Shown: positions 18,961 through 29,569, numbered from the stretch's first letter. The stretch is DNA of 64,000 nt from Oscillibacter sp. (GCA_020025475.1 JAHHSA010000005.1:4933-68932); one strand, 5' to 3'. Notes: generated by a model not told the origin, from the sequence alone. Program-made: numbers and translations.

Positions 18961-19845
18961 ATGAAACGCTTTGCACGCCTTTTGCTGCTGTCCCTTTTAT
19001 TGCTGCCAGTGCTAACGATCACCGCTCTTGCAGACTCCGGTCCCAAGGACCAGCTAATCGTCCGGGTTGAAAACGCTCCCGTGGAAGCATACTATCTGGA
19101 TCTGGTGACCCAGGACAGCGGCACCAGCAGCCTGCATCCAAATCTCTCTGAACAGGAATTAGCCGTTCTGGACAGGGACATGCTGACTGCCTTGGTGACC
19201 GCAGTCCCGAAGGGCTCTCACGCCTGCACAGCCCAGGGCTCCACAGGTGCTCCCATGTGGGGCGACCTCGTGGGTGAGCGGGAGGATGCCAAAGGAAATC
19301 CCCTCCATCGGTTTGGCTATTTTGGTCTGCCGGACACCTATCAGATTCTAATGGTCACCAAAAGCGGCGAGACCTTTTTGTCCGAACCCTGCACCCGGAA
19401 GGTCCTGCAATCCTCCGTGACGGTTGACTGGGCAGAAAAGACCGTATCCATTCCCCCGGTATGGGTGGGCTATGTGCTGCAATTTCTCTCCACCCTCCTC
19501 CCTACCCTGCTGATCGAGGGTGTGCTCCTGCTCCTCTTCGGCTTTGCCTGGAAGAAAAACTGGAAGCCATTTCTGCTCATCAATCTCATCACCCAAGGCG
19601 GTCTGGCTCTATGGCTCGCCATCAACGCCATGCAGCATGGTGCCAATTTTTGGTTCTACTACTTTGCGTTCATCCCAGCAGAAATGATGATCGCCTTTGT
19701 GGAGGCAGGTCTCTACCGGCGCTGCCTCACCGGTGGGAGCAAGGTGCGGGCATTTTTCTATGGTCTCACCGCCAACGCTGCTTCCGTGCTGCTGGGGTTG
19801 TGGACTGTAGAACCTGTTTGGAGTTTCATTGTCTCCATCTCCTAA
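18961..19845 (+). CDS. Hypothetical membrane protein (signal peptide, soluble domain, ~4 C-terminal TMs)
   Basis: AGGAGG RBS, signal peptide ending ALA-D, hydrophobic C-terminal half. Confidence 0.75.
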   Translation: MKRFARLLLLSLLLLPVLTITALADSGPKDQLIVRVENAPVEAYYLDLVTQDSGTSSLHPNLSEQELAVLDRDMLTALVTAVPKGSHACTAQGSTGAPMWGDLVGEREDAKGNPLHRFGYFGLPDTYQILMVTKSGETFLSEPCTRKVLQSSVTVDWAEKTVSIPPVWVGYVLQFLSTLLPTLLIEGVLLLLFGFAWKKNWKPFLLINLITQGGLALWLAINAMQHGANFWFYYFAFIPAEMMIAFVEAGLYRRCLTGGSKVRAFFYGLTANAASVLLGLWTVEPVWSFIVSIS

Positions 19846-19919
19846 AATTCTCCACAATTTCTGAGAATTTGTGGATTCCTTGTTCCCATAAACCCATCAA
19901 CGAAAGGATATTTACTCCT

Positions 19920-21068
19920 ATGGAAACGGAAAAGCTTTACTACCAGGATGCCTTTATGCAAGAGTTTACCGCCAAAGTCCTGACCTGTGAACCTGCCAAA
20001 ACCGGCTTTCTGGTCACATTAGATCGCACAGCTTTCTACCCGGAGGGCGGCGGCCAGCCTGCTGACCATGGTACACTGAACAACATTCCCGTCACCGACG
20101 TCCACGAGAAGGATGGTGTGATTTTCCACACTGTCGAAAAACAAGTGGAAATTGGGGAAATCGTCTCCGGCTGCATCGACTGGGCTCGCCGCTTCGATCA
20201 TATGCAGCAGCACTCCGGTGAGCACATCATCAGCGGCATTCTCTGTCGGGACTACCATTGTGACAACGTGGGCTTCCACATGGGAGCCGACACCGTCACC
20301 ATCGATTACAACACCGACATAACCTGGGAGCAGGTCCTGGCCGCTGAGCAGCGGGCCAACGAAGCCATCTGGGCAGACCAGGCCGTGAAAATTCAGTATC
20401 CTGACCGAAAAGCCCTGTCCACTATGAACTACCGCAGTAAAAAGGAGTTGACCGGTCAGGTCCGCATTGTCACCTTCCCCGGTGCAGATTGCTGCGCCTG
20501 CTGCGGTACCCACGTCCTGCGGGCCGGCCAGGTTGGCCTTGTCAAAGCCCTATCCTGTCAGAAGTTCCGGGACGGCGTCCGCATTGAGATTCTCTGCGGT
20601 CTGCGGGCCCTCCGCTTCCTGGGCACGGTCTACGACCAGAACCGGGGCATTGCCCAGCAGCTGAGTGTAAAGCCCCAGGACACCCTGGCTGCCGTAGAGC
20701 GGATAGAGGCTGAACTGACCGCTGCCAAAGCCCGGATGACGGTGCTGGAAGATCAGGTGATGGAGTTCCTGGCCCAAGAGTACGCAGGCAAAGGCGATGT
20801 GGTGCTGGTTCGCCACGATCTGCGGCCCGATGCCGTGCGGAAGCTGGCTGACACCGTGGCAAAGGTCAGCGGCGGTTTGGCAGCAGTGTTCTCCGGAGAC
20901 GGAGAGCGCTATCAGTACGCCCTTGTGCATGCGGATGGTCAGGATCTCTCTTCCCTGGTTAAAGACATCAATCGAGTCCTCCATGGCCGCGGCGGAGGCC
21001 GAAATGGCTTTGCTCAGGGCCAGGTCCAGGCCACAGAAGCACAGATCCAAGAATTTTTTAACCTGTGA
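19920..21068 (+). CDS. AlaX-like alanyl-tRNA editing protein with DHHA1 domain
   Basis: TAFYPEGGGQPAD, HMQQHSGEH, CCGTHV zinc motifs, GRGGG..FAQG; ATG at 19920. Confidence 0.9.
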   Translation: METEKLYYQDAFMQEFTAKVLTCEPAKTGFLVTLDRTAFYPEGGGQPADHGTLNNIPVTDVHEKDGVIFHTVEKQVEIGEIVSGCIDWARRFDHMQQHSGEHIISGILCRDYHCDNVGFHMGADTVTIDYNTDITWEQVLAAEQRANEAIWADQAVKIQYPDRKALSTMNYRSKKELTGQVRIVTFPGADCCACCGTHVLRAGQVGLVKALSCQKFRDGVRIEILCGLRALRFLGTVYDQNRGIAQQLSVKPQDTLAAVERIEAELTAAKARMTVLEDQVMEFLAQEYAGKGDVVLVRHDLRPDAVRKLADTVAKVSGGLAAVFSGDGERYQYALVHADGQDLSSLVKDINRVLHGRGGGRNGFAQGQVQATEAQIQEFFNL

Positions 21069-21075
21069 GGTAACT

Positions 21076-21381
21076 ATGGAATATATTCTCATTGAACGGA
21101 TCCACGATGAGGTGGATGAGCCCAACAAAATTTACTCTGAAATTGACAGAGACCGGATGGAGACCCGCCGGGTAGAATTCTATCCCAGCGGATTATGCTT
21201 TGCTTACGGCGAAGAGCACGGCCACGATGAGGTCTTGCAGCAGACTCCCTTCCCCGCCGATCTTCACGAGTTGGAGACAGATGAAGACACCCGGGCCCGC
21301 ACGGTGCCCCGCAGCATCTTCCGGGAGGTCTGGGAGCACGCTGCAGAGTCCCCGGACAGTCTGATGAATATGTTTTTCTGA
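21076..21381 (+). CDS. Small acidic hypothetical protein (DUF6881-like)
   Basis: H...DEP..IYSEID..R.E.R.VE.Y pattern and F..VW end; GAGG RBS. Confidence 0.65.
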   Translation: MEYILIERIHDEVDEPNKIYSEIDRDRMETRRVEFYPSGLCFAYGEEHGHDEVLQQTPFPADLHELETDEDTRARTVPRSIFREVWEHAAESPDSLMNMFF

Positions 21382-21425
21382 GCAAAGAGCTTGTCCTTTC
21401 TCCACATTTTCTCCAAAATCAAGTC

Positions 21426-21464
21426 AAAACCCGCCGGAAAGCAGCAGCTTCCCGGCGGGTTTTT
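21426..21464. terminator. Bidirectional terminator
   Basis: AAAACCCGCCGG...CCGGCGGGTTTT between convergent genes. Confidence 0.8.
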
Positions 21465-21513
21465 CACATTTTGGAAAAGTCTGTGCAAACTGTGGACGTT
21501 CCGTTGCGTCTCA

Positions 21514-23472
21514 TCAGCTTCCTGGCCTCTCATTCATCTTCGCAGTGATATACTGCTTGCCATAAAAGGCATCGTAGATCACCAGTTCCCGCAGTTGCAG
21601 CAATTCCTGCTGCTGGGGCGTCAGGCTGGCGTCCTCCACCGTGCGGAAGGGCTGGCTGTTCTGATTTACAAAGTAGAGATCCAGATTGGAGAGACTGACC
21701 TCCCGGACCTTTTGCAGCAGGCCCCAGTACCGGGACGCAGGCTGATGGGTCACACTCAGCAAATCGGGGCCCAGCGCCGTGGCGCTGCTGTCTTTTCGCG
21801 TACCGGCCTGATCACCCAGCAGAGCCGCGTCATTGCCCCAGATCATATAGTCCGTGGAGTAGATGTCCTTTGTCTGTTCCAGAGACCACTCCATGGTGTC
21901 CTCCGAGGGGCAGAGGCCCAGCTTCGTGTAGACTGTGTGTCCATCCGTCATAAAGAGGTTGGGACGGTGGTCGCCGAAAAACACCACCACCGTGGGCTCC
22001 GGGTACTTCCGCAGCGCATCTGTCAGGTAGCCCAGAGACTGGTCTGCCCGAATGTGTCCTTCCAGCATAACCCGGACAATGGCCATGTCCTCCTCACTAA
22101 GGGTATCGCTCTCCACCCCCATCTGGCAGACATAACCAAACTTTTCTGCGTCAAAGGGCTGGTGGTTCTCCATAGAAATGCCATATAGGAAGGCCTTCTT
22201 TCCGCTGGCATTGATATTCTTAAGCTCCTGCATGAGTGCTTCCATGAGATAAGTATCCTTCAGGTAGTAGCCGCCATAGGGATTTCCCTCCCATTCGATG
22301 CCCATGTTCTGCATATCCGCAGAAAACAGCAAACTGGAATAGCCAAGTCTTGGATAGGTTACCGTCCGGTTATAGAGGCTGTCGTTGAAGGAGTGCATCA
22401 TCGTCCTTTGATAGCCGCCGTCACTGCCATACTGTTCCGGCAGAGCGTCAAAGTAGTCGTAGGCCTCGTCTTTCAGGAAGCAGATGTTTGTACTGGCACC
22501 GAAGTCATGATTGGTAATGCCATACTGCATGGCCATTTCGATATAGCCAGTGCCGTAGCCCAGATAGTGACTGAAAAAGCTGCCGGAAATGGCCTCTTTC
22601 TCCAACGCGTGAAAGTTTTCCAGAGGATCCCGCTCAAAGCGCAGGCCAGGCAGTCTGTTCAGATCAAAAAAGGACTCCGACAAAATCATAATCACATTGG
22701 GCTCCGTGGCCGCAGTCTCATCGCCATCCGCCAGAATTTCATCAATACGTGTGAGCGCCGCCTGCATCATCTCTTCGCTGTAGCCCTCCGGGGCCTCCTT
22801 CTTTTGCAGCATCAGATCTCGCCACAGTGCCAGTGTCAGTCCGTGCACATTGTGGTTCTGGGCAGCAGGCATACTGGCGTAAACATCCACACCAAAGGTG
22901 TTTCCCACCCAAGCTGCACCAGAGGTGGAGAAGAGCTGGATCAGCACAATCAACGCCATGGACAGGCTGAGGAAACGCACACTGCCGGAGATTTCCGTCA
23001 GCCGACGGAAAAGATACAGCAGCAGCACACAGACCAGCAGCACTGCCGTACCCCGCCAGAAATCAATGGGCGGAACCAGATCGCCTGCCACACCGGCTAC
23101 CTGACTCAGCTTGGATGCCAGACCGAAGTCCGCCAGTTCGAGCGGCGTACCGTTGATCATATTTTTGAAATAATCCACGAGTGCCAGAATCATACCCACA
23201 CTGCCCACCAGCAGGCTCGAGAGCCACAGCCTTCCAAAGGCAGCGCCCAACAGGAAAATGGGCACTGCGTAGAGCAGCGCAGTCAGGGGCACATAGGTGG
23301 TATACTTCTTCGCCCAGGATGCCACCGTGCTGAGAGAGTCAAAATTCAGCCACAGTACGGCAATGGCAATGGCCAGGCCCATGCAGAGTGCTCCGGCAGT
23401 AAACAGAAGCCACCGGACCCAAAGGGGTCCAATAGGCCCTTTTTTCGCTTTTGTGTTTCTATTTTTCAACAT
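21514..23472 (-). CDS. LTA synthase family (sulfatase-fold) membrane protein
   Basis: N-terminal TM helices, NVIMILSESFFD, SMENHQP, FFGDHRP. Confidence 0.88.
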   Translation of the reverse strand: MLKNRNTKAKKGPIGPLWVRWLLFTAGALCMGLAIAIAVLWLNFDSLSTVASWAKKYTTYVPLTALLYAVPIFLLGAAFGRLWLSSLLVGSVGMILALVDYFKNMINGTPLELADFGLASKLSQVAGVAGDLVPPIDFWRGTAVLLVCVLLLYLFRRLTEISGSVRFLSLSMALIVLIQLFSTSGAAWVGNTFGVDVYASMPAAQNHNVHGLTLALWRDLMLQKKEAPEGYSEEMMQAALTRIDEILADGDETAATEPNVIMILSESFFDLNRLPGLRFERDPLENFHALEKEAISGSFFSHYLGYGTGYIEMAMQYGITNHDFGASTNICFLKDEAYDYFDALPEQYGSDGGYQRTMMHSFNDSLYNRTVTYPRLGYSSLLFSADMQNMGIEWEGNPYGGYYLKDTYLMEALMQELKNINASGKKAFLYGISMENHQPFDAEKFGYVCQMGVESDTLSEEDMAIVRVMLEGHIRADQSLGYLTDALRKYPEPTVVVFFGDHRPNLFMTDGHTVYTKLGLCPSEDTMEWSLEQTKDIYSTDYMIWGNDAALLGDQAGTRKDSSATALGPDLLSVTHQPASRYWGLLQKVREVSLSNLDLYFVNQNSQPFRTVEDASLTPQQQELLQLRELVIYDAFYGKQYITAKMNERPGS

Positions 23473-23530
23473 TTGGTCTCCTCACAAGAAAAAGGCGGGA
23501 CCGGTTTGCGGCCCCGCCTACAGCATCAAA

Positions 23531-24961
23531 TCAGTATGCCATCTTCTCGGTCAGATATGCCTTCAGCTCGCTGATGGGCATACGGACCTGCTCCATGGTG
23601 TCACGGTCACGGACGGTGACGCAGTTGTCGGCGGGCGTATTCTCGTCGCCAATGGTCTCAAAGTCCACGGTGACGCAGAAGGGAGTACCGATCTCGTCCT
23701 CGCGGCGGTAACGCTTACCGATGGAACCGGTCTCGTCAAAGTCCACCATGAAGTCCTTTGCCAGCTCACTGTAGATCTCGCGGGCCTTGGGGCTCAGCTT
23801 CTTGGACAGAGGCAGGACAGCCACCTTGTAGGGAGCCAGCGCAGGATGCAGATGCATCACCACACGGATATCATCCTTGCCGCTCTTGTCCTGGCCTACG
23901 ACCTGCTCGTCATAAGCCTCCACCAGGAAGGCCAGGGTCACGCGGTCAGCACCCAGGGAGGGCTCCACCACGTACGGGATATATCTCTCGTTCTTCTCCT
24001 GGTCAAAGTAGGTCTGATCCTTGCCGGAGACCTGCTGGTGCTGCTTGAGGTCGTAGTCAGTACGGTCGGCCACACCCCACAGCTCGCCCCAGCCGAAGGG
24101 GAAGAGATACTCAAAGTCAGTGGTACCCTTAGAGTAAAAACAAAGCTCCTCGGGGCTGTGGTCCCGCAGACGCAGGTGTTCCTCGTCCATGCCCAGGCCC
24201 AGCAGCCAGTCACGGCAGAAAGAACGCCAGTACTGGAACCATTCCATGTCGGTACCGGGCTCGCAGAAGAACTCCAGCTCCATCTGCTCAAACTCGCGGG
24301 TGCGGAAAGTGAAGTTGCCGGGGGTGATCTCATTGCGGAAGGACTTACCGATCTGGCAGACACCGAAAGGCAGCTTGCGGCGGGTGGTGCGCTGAATGTT
24401 CTGGAAGTTGACAAAAATGCCCTGAGCGGTCTCGGGCCGCAGATACACCGTGTTCTTTGCATCCTCGGTAACACCCTGGAAAGTCTTAAACATCAGGTTG
24501 AACTGACGGATGTCGGTAAAGTTGTGCTTGCCACAGGTGGGGCAGTTGATTTCATGCTCGTCGATGAAAGCCTTCATCTCCTCCTGGGAGAAGGCGTCAA
24601 CAGCCTTGGGCAGCTCGTAATGATTTTCCTGGGCCCAGTCCTCAATCAGCTTGTCGGCACGGAAGCGCTCCTTGCACTCCTTGCAGTCCATCAGTGGATC
24701 GGCAAAACCGCCCAGATGGCCGGAAGCTACCCAGGTCTGGGGGTTCATCAGGATGGCGGCGTCCAGACCCACGTTGTAGGGGTTCTCCTGAACGAACTTC
24801 TTCCACCAGGCCTTCTTGACATTGTTTTTCAGCTCCACACCCAGAGGGCCGTAGTCCCAGGTGTTGGCCAAACCGCCGTAGATCTCAGAGCCGGGGAACA
24901 CAAAGCCACGGCCCTTACACAGGGCAACAACTTTTTCCATGGTCTTTTCTTCGGGTCTCAT
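23531..24961 (-). CDS. glyS: Glycine--tRNA ligase (alpha2 type)
   Basis: [53 protein letters not shown]. Confidence 0.96.
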   Translation of the reverse strand: MRPEEKTMEKVVALCKGRGFVFPGSEIYGGLANTWDYGPLGVELKNNVKKAWWKKFVQENPYNVGLDAAILMNPQTWVASGHLGGFADPLMDCKECKERFRADKLIEDWAQENHYELPKAVDAFSQEEMKAFIDEHEINCPTCGKHNFTDIRQFNLMFKTFQGVTEDAKNTVYLRPETAQGIFVNFQNIQRTTRRKLPFGVCQIGKSFRNEITPGNFTFRTREFEQMELEFFCEPGTDMEWFQYWRSFCRDWLLGLGMDEEHLRLRDHSPEELCFYSKGTTDFEYLFPFGWGELWGVADRTDYDLKQHQQVSGKDQTYFDQEKNERYIPYVVEPSLGADRVTLAFLVEAYDEQVVGQDKSGKDDIRVVMHLHPALAPYKVAVLPLSKKLSPKAREIYSELAKDFMVDFDETGSIGKRYRREDEIGTPFCVTVDFETIGDENTPADNCVTVRDRDTMEQVRMPISELKAYLTEKMAY

Positions 24962-25074
24962 ACTAAGTTCTCCTTTTATGATCATTTTTTGCTTCGTTTC
25001 CAGCATATACTCTCAAAGGCTTGAAACTCCATTCGGAAAACAGTCCCCCACAGATACGGATGATTCTCCGAATA

Positions 25075-25320
25075 AAATAAAAACGCCCCGAGTCCAAAGA
25101 CTCAGGGCGAACAAAACATGTCCGTGGTTCCACCTGAATTTGCATGAGATCATGCACACTCAACCCGATAACGGTGGGGGCCGGCGGTGCCTATGAAATC
25201 GTTCAGCATCACGGCTCAAGGGGGCCTTCTCCCTGTTCCCGCAAGGGCTTTCACCAGCCGCCCTCTCTCTTGCCCGGGAAACACAAGGATACTCTTCCCT
25301 GTCAGTGCCTTTTTAAGATA
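25075..25320 (-). promoter_or_regulatory. T-box riboswitch (Gly specifier)
   Basis: On the minus strand: AGAGAG/GGTGAAA motifs, specifier GGC (25224-25226), T-box AGGTGGAACCACG, terminator CGCCCTGAGTC/GACTCGGGGCG followed by a T run. Confidence 0.92.
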
Positions 25321-25328
25321 TCGTGTGA

Positions 25329-25357
25329 ACTGTATCACGTTTTCCCCGCATTGTCAA
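25329..25357 (-). promoter_or_regulatory. sigma-A promoter of glyS
   Basis: TTGACA-17 nt-TACAGT with a TG extension. Confidence 0.75.
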
Positions 25358-25503
25358 GAGGAGGCCCGGCATCTGTCCTTTTCACCCCAAATTAATTTAT
25401 AATTTTTCAAATTTTTACTAAATGAAACTCTCCGCTCTCTGAGCATACAAAAAGCAGACAATACCAAGCCAATTGGTATTGCCTGCTTTGCGTTGTTTCA
25501 TGT

Positions 25504-27159
25504 TCAAGCCAGAGAAGTCTGTGCCATGGTCAGCTCCTGCGCAATATTCAAGGCATGGTCGCCGATCCGCTCAAAGTCCGTCAGCAGCTCGGCATAAAGA
25601 ATGCACGCTTCGTTGTTGCAGTCGCCCCGCCGCATCCGATCCAGCTGATGGTGCCGGAACTGGTCTGTCATATCATCAACCCGCTGTTCCAGCTGGGCCA
25701 CCTCTGCCAGCCATTCCGCAGTACCCGCCCGGGACGAGAGCAGCGCCGCTATGGTCTCCAAAGAGATCTCACGCATGGAAAGGATCTCCTCCTGGGCCTC
25801 CTTGGAAAAGTCAATGTCCTTCTCCACCAGACGACGGGTATAACCCGCCAGGTTGTTGGCATGGTCGCCAATCCGCTCCACATTGCTGGAGATGGTAAAG
25901 AAACTGCTGACTGCAGCCGAGCTCTCTTCGTTGGTTTCCATCGCCACTACCTGAGAGACATAGCGGGAAATGGCCTCGTTCAGGAAGTCCAGGTGCTCCT
26001 CCCGGTCCTCCACTGCCTTCAATCGCTTGACATCGCGGGTCAGTACGGCCCGGAAACTATCGTCCACGTTATCCCGTGCCATGTACAGCATCCGACACAG
26101 TTCGTTGCGCAGCTGGTCGGTAACAATGGCACTGCCGCCCAGGCCGCCCTCCTTGCCCGCAGCGTGAATGGGCGTGAGATAGGCCAAGTGCATCTCGCTT
26201 TCTGCGTCTTTCGCCGAAGTCTCCCGCTCTGGCAACAGGTAAATTGCCAGCTTGCCAAGATATTCACCCAGAGGCAGCAACACCAGTGTGGTGGTGATGT
26301 TGAACAGCATGTGCATGGTGGCAATCTGTGCCGGGGCCTCGCCGGGCATCAGTCGCTCCAGGAAGTCCGTCAGGGGGAAGGTCACGCAGAGAATCGTAAA
26401 CATTGTGGTGCCGATCACATTGAACAGGAAGTGGATCAGCGTGGCCCGCTTGGCATTGCGGTTGGCACCGGCAGAAGCCAGCAGCGCCGTGATGCAAGTG
26501 CCGATGTTCTGTCCAAACAGCACGTAAACAGCGCTGCCCAGTCCGATAACTCCGTTGCCTGCCAGTGTCTGCAAAACACCCACGGATGCAGAGGAGGATT
26601 GAATCAGAGCCGTAAACAGAGCACCTGCGGTAATACCCAGCAGCGGGTTGGAGAAGGTGGACATGAGAGAAATAAAGACCTCAGAGTCCCGCAGCGGATA
26701 CATAGCCGCGCTCATCATGTCCATGGCAATAAACAAAATGCCAAGTCCCGCCAGAATCTGACCGATGTGCTGGGCCTGGGGACGCTTCACAAACACCATG
26801 AGCACCACACCCGTAAAGGCCAGAACCGGTGCCATCGCACCAACATCGAGGGCAATCAGCAAGCTGGTGACTGTGGTACCTACGTTGGCACCCATGATAA
26901 TCCAGATGGCCTGATTCAAAGTCATCATACCGGCATTAACAAAGCCAACCACCATGACGGTGGTCGCAGAGGACGACTGGATCACTGCTGTGATGAGAGC
27001 ACCTACCAGAACGCCCATCAGCCGGTTGGCAGTTAGCCGCTCCAGAATGGCTTTCATCCGGTTGCCCGCTGCTGCCTCCAAACCGGAACTCATCATTTGC
27101 ATGCCGTGGAGAAACAGGGCAAGACCGCCCAGCAGCGCCAAAATATCTGTAAATTTCAT
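25504..27159 (-). CDS. Na/Pi cotransporter family protein with PhoU-like C-terminal domains
   Basis: Repeated QSSSA motifs, GANVGTT/GQNIGT, two ERIGDHA.N PhoU repeats. Confidence 0.93.
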   Translation of the reverse strand: MKFTDILALLGGLALFLHGMQMMSSGLEAAAGNRMKAILERLTANRLMGVLVGALITAVIQSSSATTVMVVGFVNAGMMTLNQAIWIIMGANVGTTVTSLLIALDVGAMAPVLAFTGVVLMVFVKRPQAQHIGQILAGLGILFIAMDMMSAAMYPLRDSEVFISLMSTFSNPLLGITAGALFTALIQSSSASVGVLQTLAGNGVIGLGSAVYVLFGQNIGTCITALLASAGANRNAKRATLIHFLFNVIGTTMFTILCVTFPLTDFLERLMPGEAPAQIATMHMLFNITTTLVLLPLGEYLGKLAIYLLPERETSAKDAESEMHLAYLTPIHAAGKEGGLGGSAIVTDQLRNELCRMLYMARDNVDDSFRAVLTRDVKRLKAVEDREEHLDFLNEAISRYVSQVVAMETNEESSAAVSSFFTISSNVERIGDHANNLAGYTRRLVEKDIDFSKEAQEEILSMREISLETIAALLSSRAGTAEWLAEVAQLEQRVDDMTDQFRHHQLDRMRRGDCNNEACILYAELLTDFERIGDHALNIAQELTMAQTSLA

Positions 27160-27599
27160 CTTCTTCCGTTCCTTCCTCGCAGCTCTCCTGACGGCTGCGA
27201 TCTCGCTGTTCTGATTTCACTGCGGACCCGGCGCCCACATTTATTTTATTATACCGAATTTTGTCCGGTTTCGTCACTGTTTTTTTCAAAAATTAATGTA
27301 GAATTAATGGCAATCGCTCAAACTTGCGCCCATAGTTTCAACAATTCGAAAAACTTTGTGAATCCCGTGGAGATCAGCCCGCCCGGGGCCTCCTGGCAGA
27401 CCGAAAGGGCCAGAGTAAATAAACCGCCCTTTTTCTTCACATTTTATCAAAAGTGGGCTGCTTGATTGCTTTTTATGGACTGAAAAAGGGCAAATTCTCC
27501 ACAATGTGAGGGAATTTGTGGAGATTGTGGACAGGACTTGGTGCCTGGCGGGCCAACAAAAAAGAGCAGTCCGAACGGACCGCTCTTTTTCAGAACGGA

Positions 27600-28406
27600 T
27601 TATCTTTTGTCGCGGTCGTAGGCGACAATGACACGGCGGTTGGGCTCGGTGCCGGTGGAGTAAGTTGTCACACCGGAGAAATTCTGCAGTGCCGTGTGGA
27701 TTACATGACGCTCGTAGGCATTCATGGGCTCCAGTGTTACACTGCGGCGGTACTTGATCACCTTGCCAGCCACCTTCCTTGCCAGATGCTGGAGGCTCTG
27801 CTCCCGCTTGGCACGGTAGTTCTCCGCATCCAGCTGGATGCGGACACGACCGCCGGTACGATTGACGGCATAGCTGGTCAGCTGCTGGATGGCATCCAGG
27901 GTCTCACCCCGACGGCCGATCAGGCTCCCCAGGTTCTCACCCTCCAGAATGACCTTATAACGGCCCCTCTCAGGCTGGTAGACCTTCACATCGGCCTCGT
28001 TCTCCATCTGGGTCAGGAGACCGTGCAGGAATGTCTTGATGGCCTGGGCCTTCTCGTCGTCGACTTCCTCGCCCAGATCCTGGACGGGGGCCTCCTGGGC
28101 CTCCTCGGCCCTGACCTCTTCCCGAACGGGCTTGGGTTCCCGTTTTTCCTTGTGTGCGGGACGCTCGATGACCGCAGTGGGAGGAATCTCCCCCCCACGA
28201 GGGGTCTCCATTACGGGGGACTCTTCTTCCTCGGGGCCGTAGCTCACACGGATCTTGGCAGGGCAGCTGCCCAAACCCAGGAATCCAGACTTCGCACGCT
28301 CCAGAAGCTCAACCGAAACATCGTCCCGATCCATATTCAACTGAAGCAGGGCCTTCTGCAAGGCCTCTTCTTCGGTCTTGCCGGTGACATCAATAAATTC
28401 TCTCAT
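27600..28406 (-). CDS. jag: RNA-binding protein Jag/EloR (KhpB)
   Basis: Jag_N (TGKTEEEAL...GFLGLG), KH (LIGRRGETLDAIQ), R3H (MNAYERHVIH). Confidence 0.95.
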   Translation of the reverse strand: MREFIDVTGKTEEEALQKALLQLNMDRDDVSVELLERAKSGFLGLGSCPAKIRVSYGPEEEESPVMETPRGGEIPPTAVIERPAHKEKREPKPVREEVRAEEAQEAPVQDLGEEVDDEKAQAIKTFLHGLLTQMENEADVKVYQPERGRYKVILEGENLGSLIGRRGETLDAIQQLTSYAVNRTGGRVRIQLDAENYRAKREQSLQHLARKVAGKVIKYRRSVTLEPMNAYERHVIHTALQNFSGVTTYSTGTEPNRRVIVAYDRDKR

Positions 28407-28414
28407 GACAGACC

Positions 28415-29569
28415 TCAAACCTCTTTGTCGTAGCGGTCTTCCACATAGGCACGACCGCGGGCATAGGGACGATCACCCACACGGCCGGCCTCGTTGGTAC
28501 GGGCGCCCTTGGTGGCTTTCGCCAGCTTAGCCTCATGGGCCAGCTCCTGCTTTTCCTTCAATGTAAGCTTCTTGGCAGCTTCCTGCTTCTGCTGCTCCTG
28601 AAGCTTCTTGGCCTCTTCCATGCGGCGTTTCCGATCGGCCTGCTTGGCCTCGAACTTTGCAGCTTCCTCTTCCTCAATCTTCTGATTGAAGAACTTATTC
28701 ATGATCACTTCCTGCACAATGGAGAAAGCGCTCTGGGCAATCCAGTACACGCCCAGTGCAGCAGGCATAATGAATGCGATGTACACGGAGAACAGAGGCA
28801 TCATCAGGATCATCATCTTGTTGGGGCCCTGGTTTGCGTTGGGGGTGCCGGCCATGGCTACCTTGCTCATGACGAACTGGAAGCCGCCGGAGAGAATGGG
28901 GATCAGGATCAGGCCGATGACTGCCCACTCAAAGGCAAAGCTGGTAAATGCGCTGCTGGGAGTGCTGGACAGATTCAGGCCCAGGAAGTTGTAGTTCACG
29001 TTCATCCAGCCATCGATGTTGGCAGCAGCCTCAGGGATCTGAGTAGAGATGGTGTGAACCAGTTCAATCTGGCCATAGGGCTGCATCAGGGGGATGCCGT
29101 CCTTCATCTGCATGACGCCGTCTTTCATCATGACAATCTTGTCCATGGAGATCCCCGCCTTGCTGACGGTGTCTACCAGTTGAGTCAACACATCCTGGCC
29201 CAGCATCATGAAGTGGGTAATGGGCTGGCGAATAATGGAGTACAGAGCCATCAGGATGGGCAGGGGCAGAAAGCTCCACAGGCAGCCGCTCATGGGGTTG
29301 ACGCCCTCTTCCATGTACAGACGCTGAACCTCTTCGTTCATCTTGGCCTGATTGTTGGCATATTTCTTCTGAATCTCCTGCATCTTGCCGGACATGCGGC
29401 TCATTCGCACCATGCTCTTCTTAGATTTAATCTGGAAGGGCAGCATGATGAGCTTAATGACCAGAGTAAACAGAATCAGTGCCAGACCGTAGTTATCCGC
29501 CAGATTATAGAAAAGACGGACCAACCAGGCAAAGGGGATACAAATGTAGTATCCGATGGTTGCAAACAT
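28415..29569 (-). CDS. yidC: Membrane protein insertase YidC
   Basis: YGLALILFTLVIK, GVNPMSGC, PAALGVYW; canonical synteny. Confidence 0.93.
   Translation of the reverse strand: MFATIGYYICIPFAWLVRLFYNLADNYGLALILFTLVIKLIMLPFQIKSKKSMVRMSRMSGKMQEIQKKYANNQAKMNEEVQRLYMEEGVNPMSGCLWSFLPLPILMALYSIIRQPITHFMMLGQDVLTQLVDTVSKAGISMDKIVMMKDGVMQMKDGIPLMQPYGQIELVHTISTQIPEAAANIDGWMNVNYNFLGLNLSSTPSSAFTSFAFEWAVIGLILIPILSGGFQFVMSKVAMAGTPNANQGPNKMMILMMPLFSVYIAFIMPAALGVYWIAQSAFSIVQEVIMNKFFNQKIEEEEAAKFEAKQADRKRRMEEAKKLQEQQKQEAAKKLTLKEKQELAHEAKLAKATKGARTNEAGRVGDRPYARGRAYVEDRYDKEV

Noticed and set aside
27160..27255. Possible riboswitch in the Na/Pi cotransporter leader
   Set aside because: Only one clear hairpin (TCGCAGC/GCTGCGA) and no recognisable aptamer consensus
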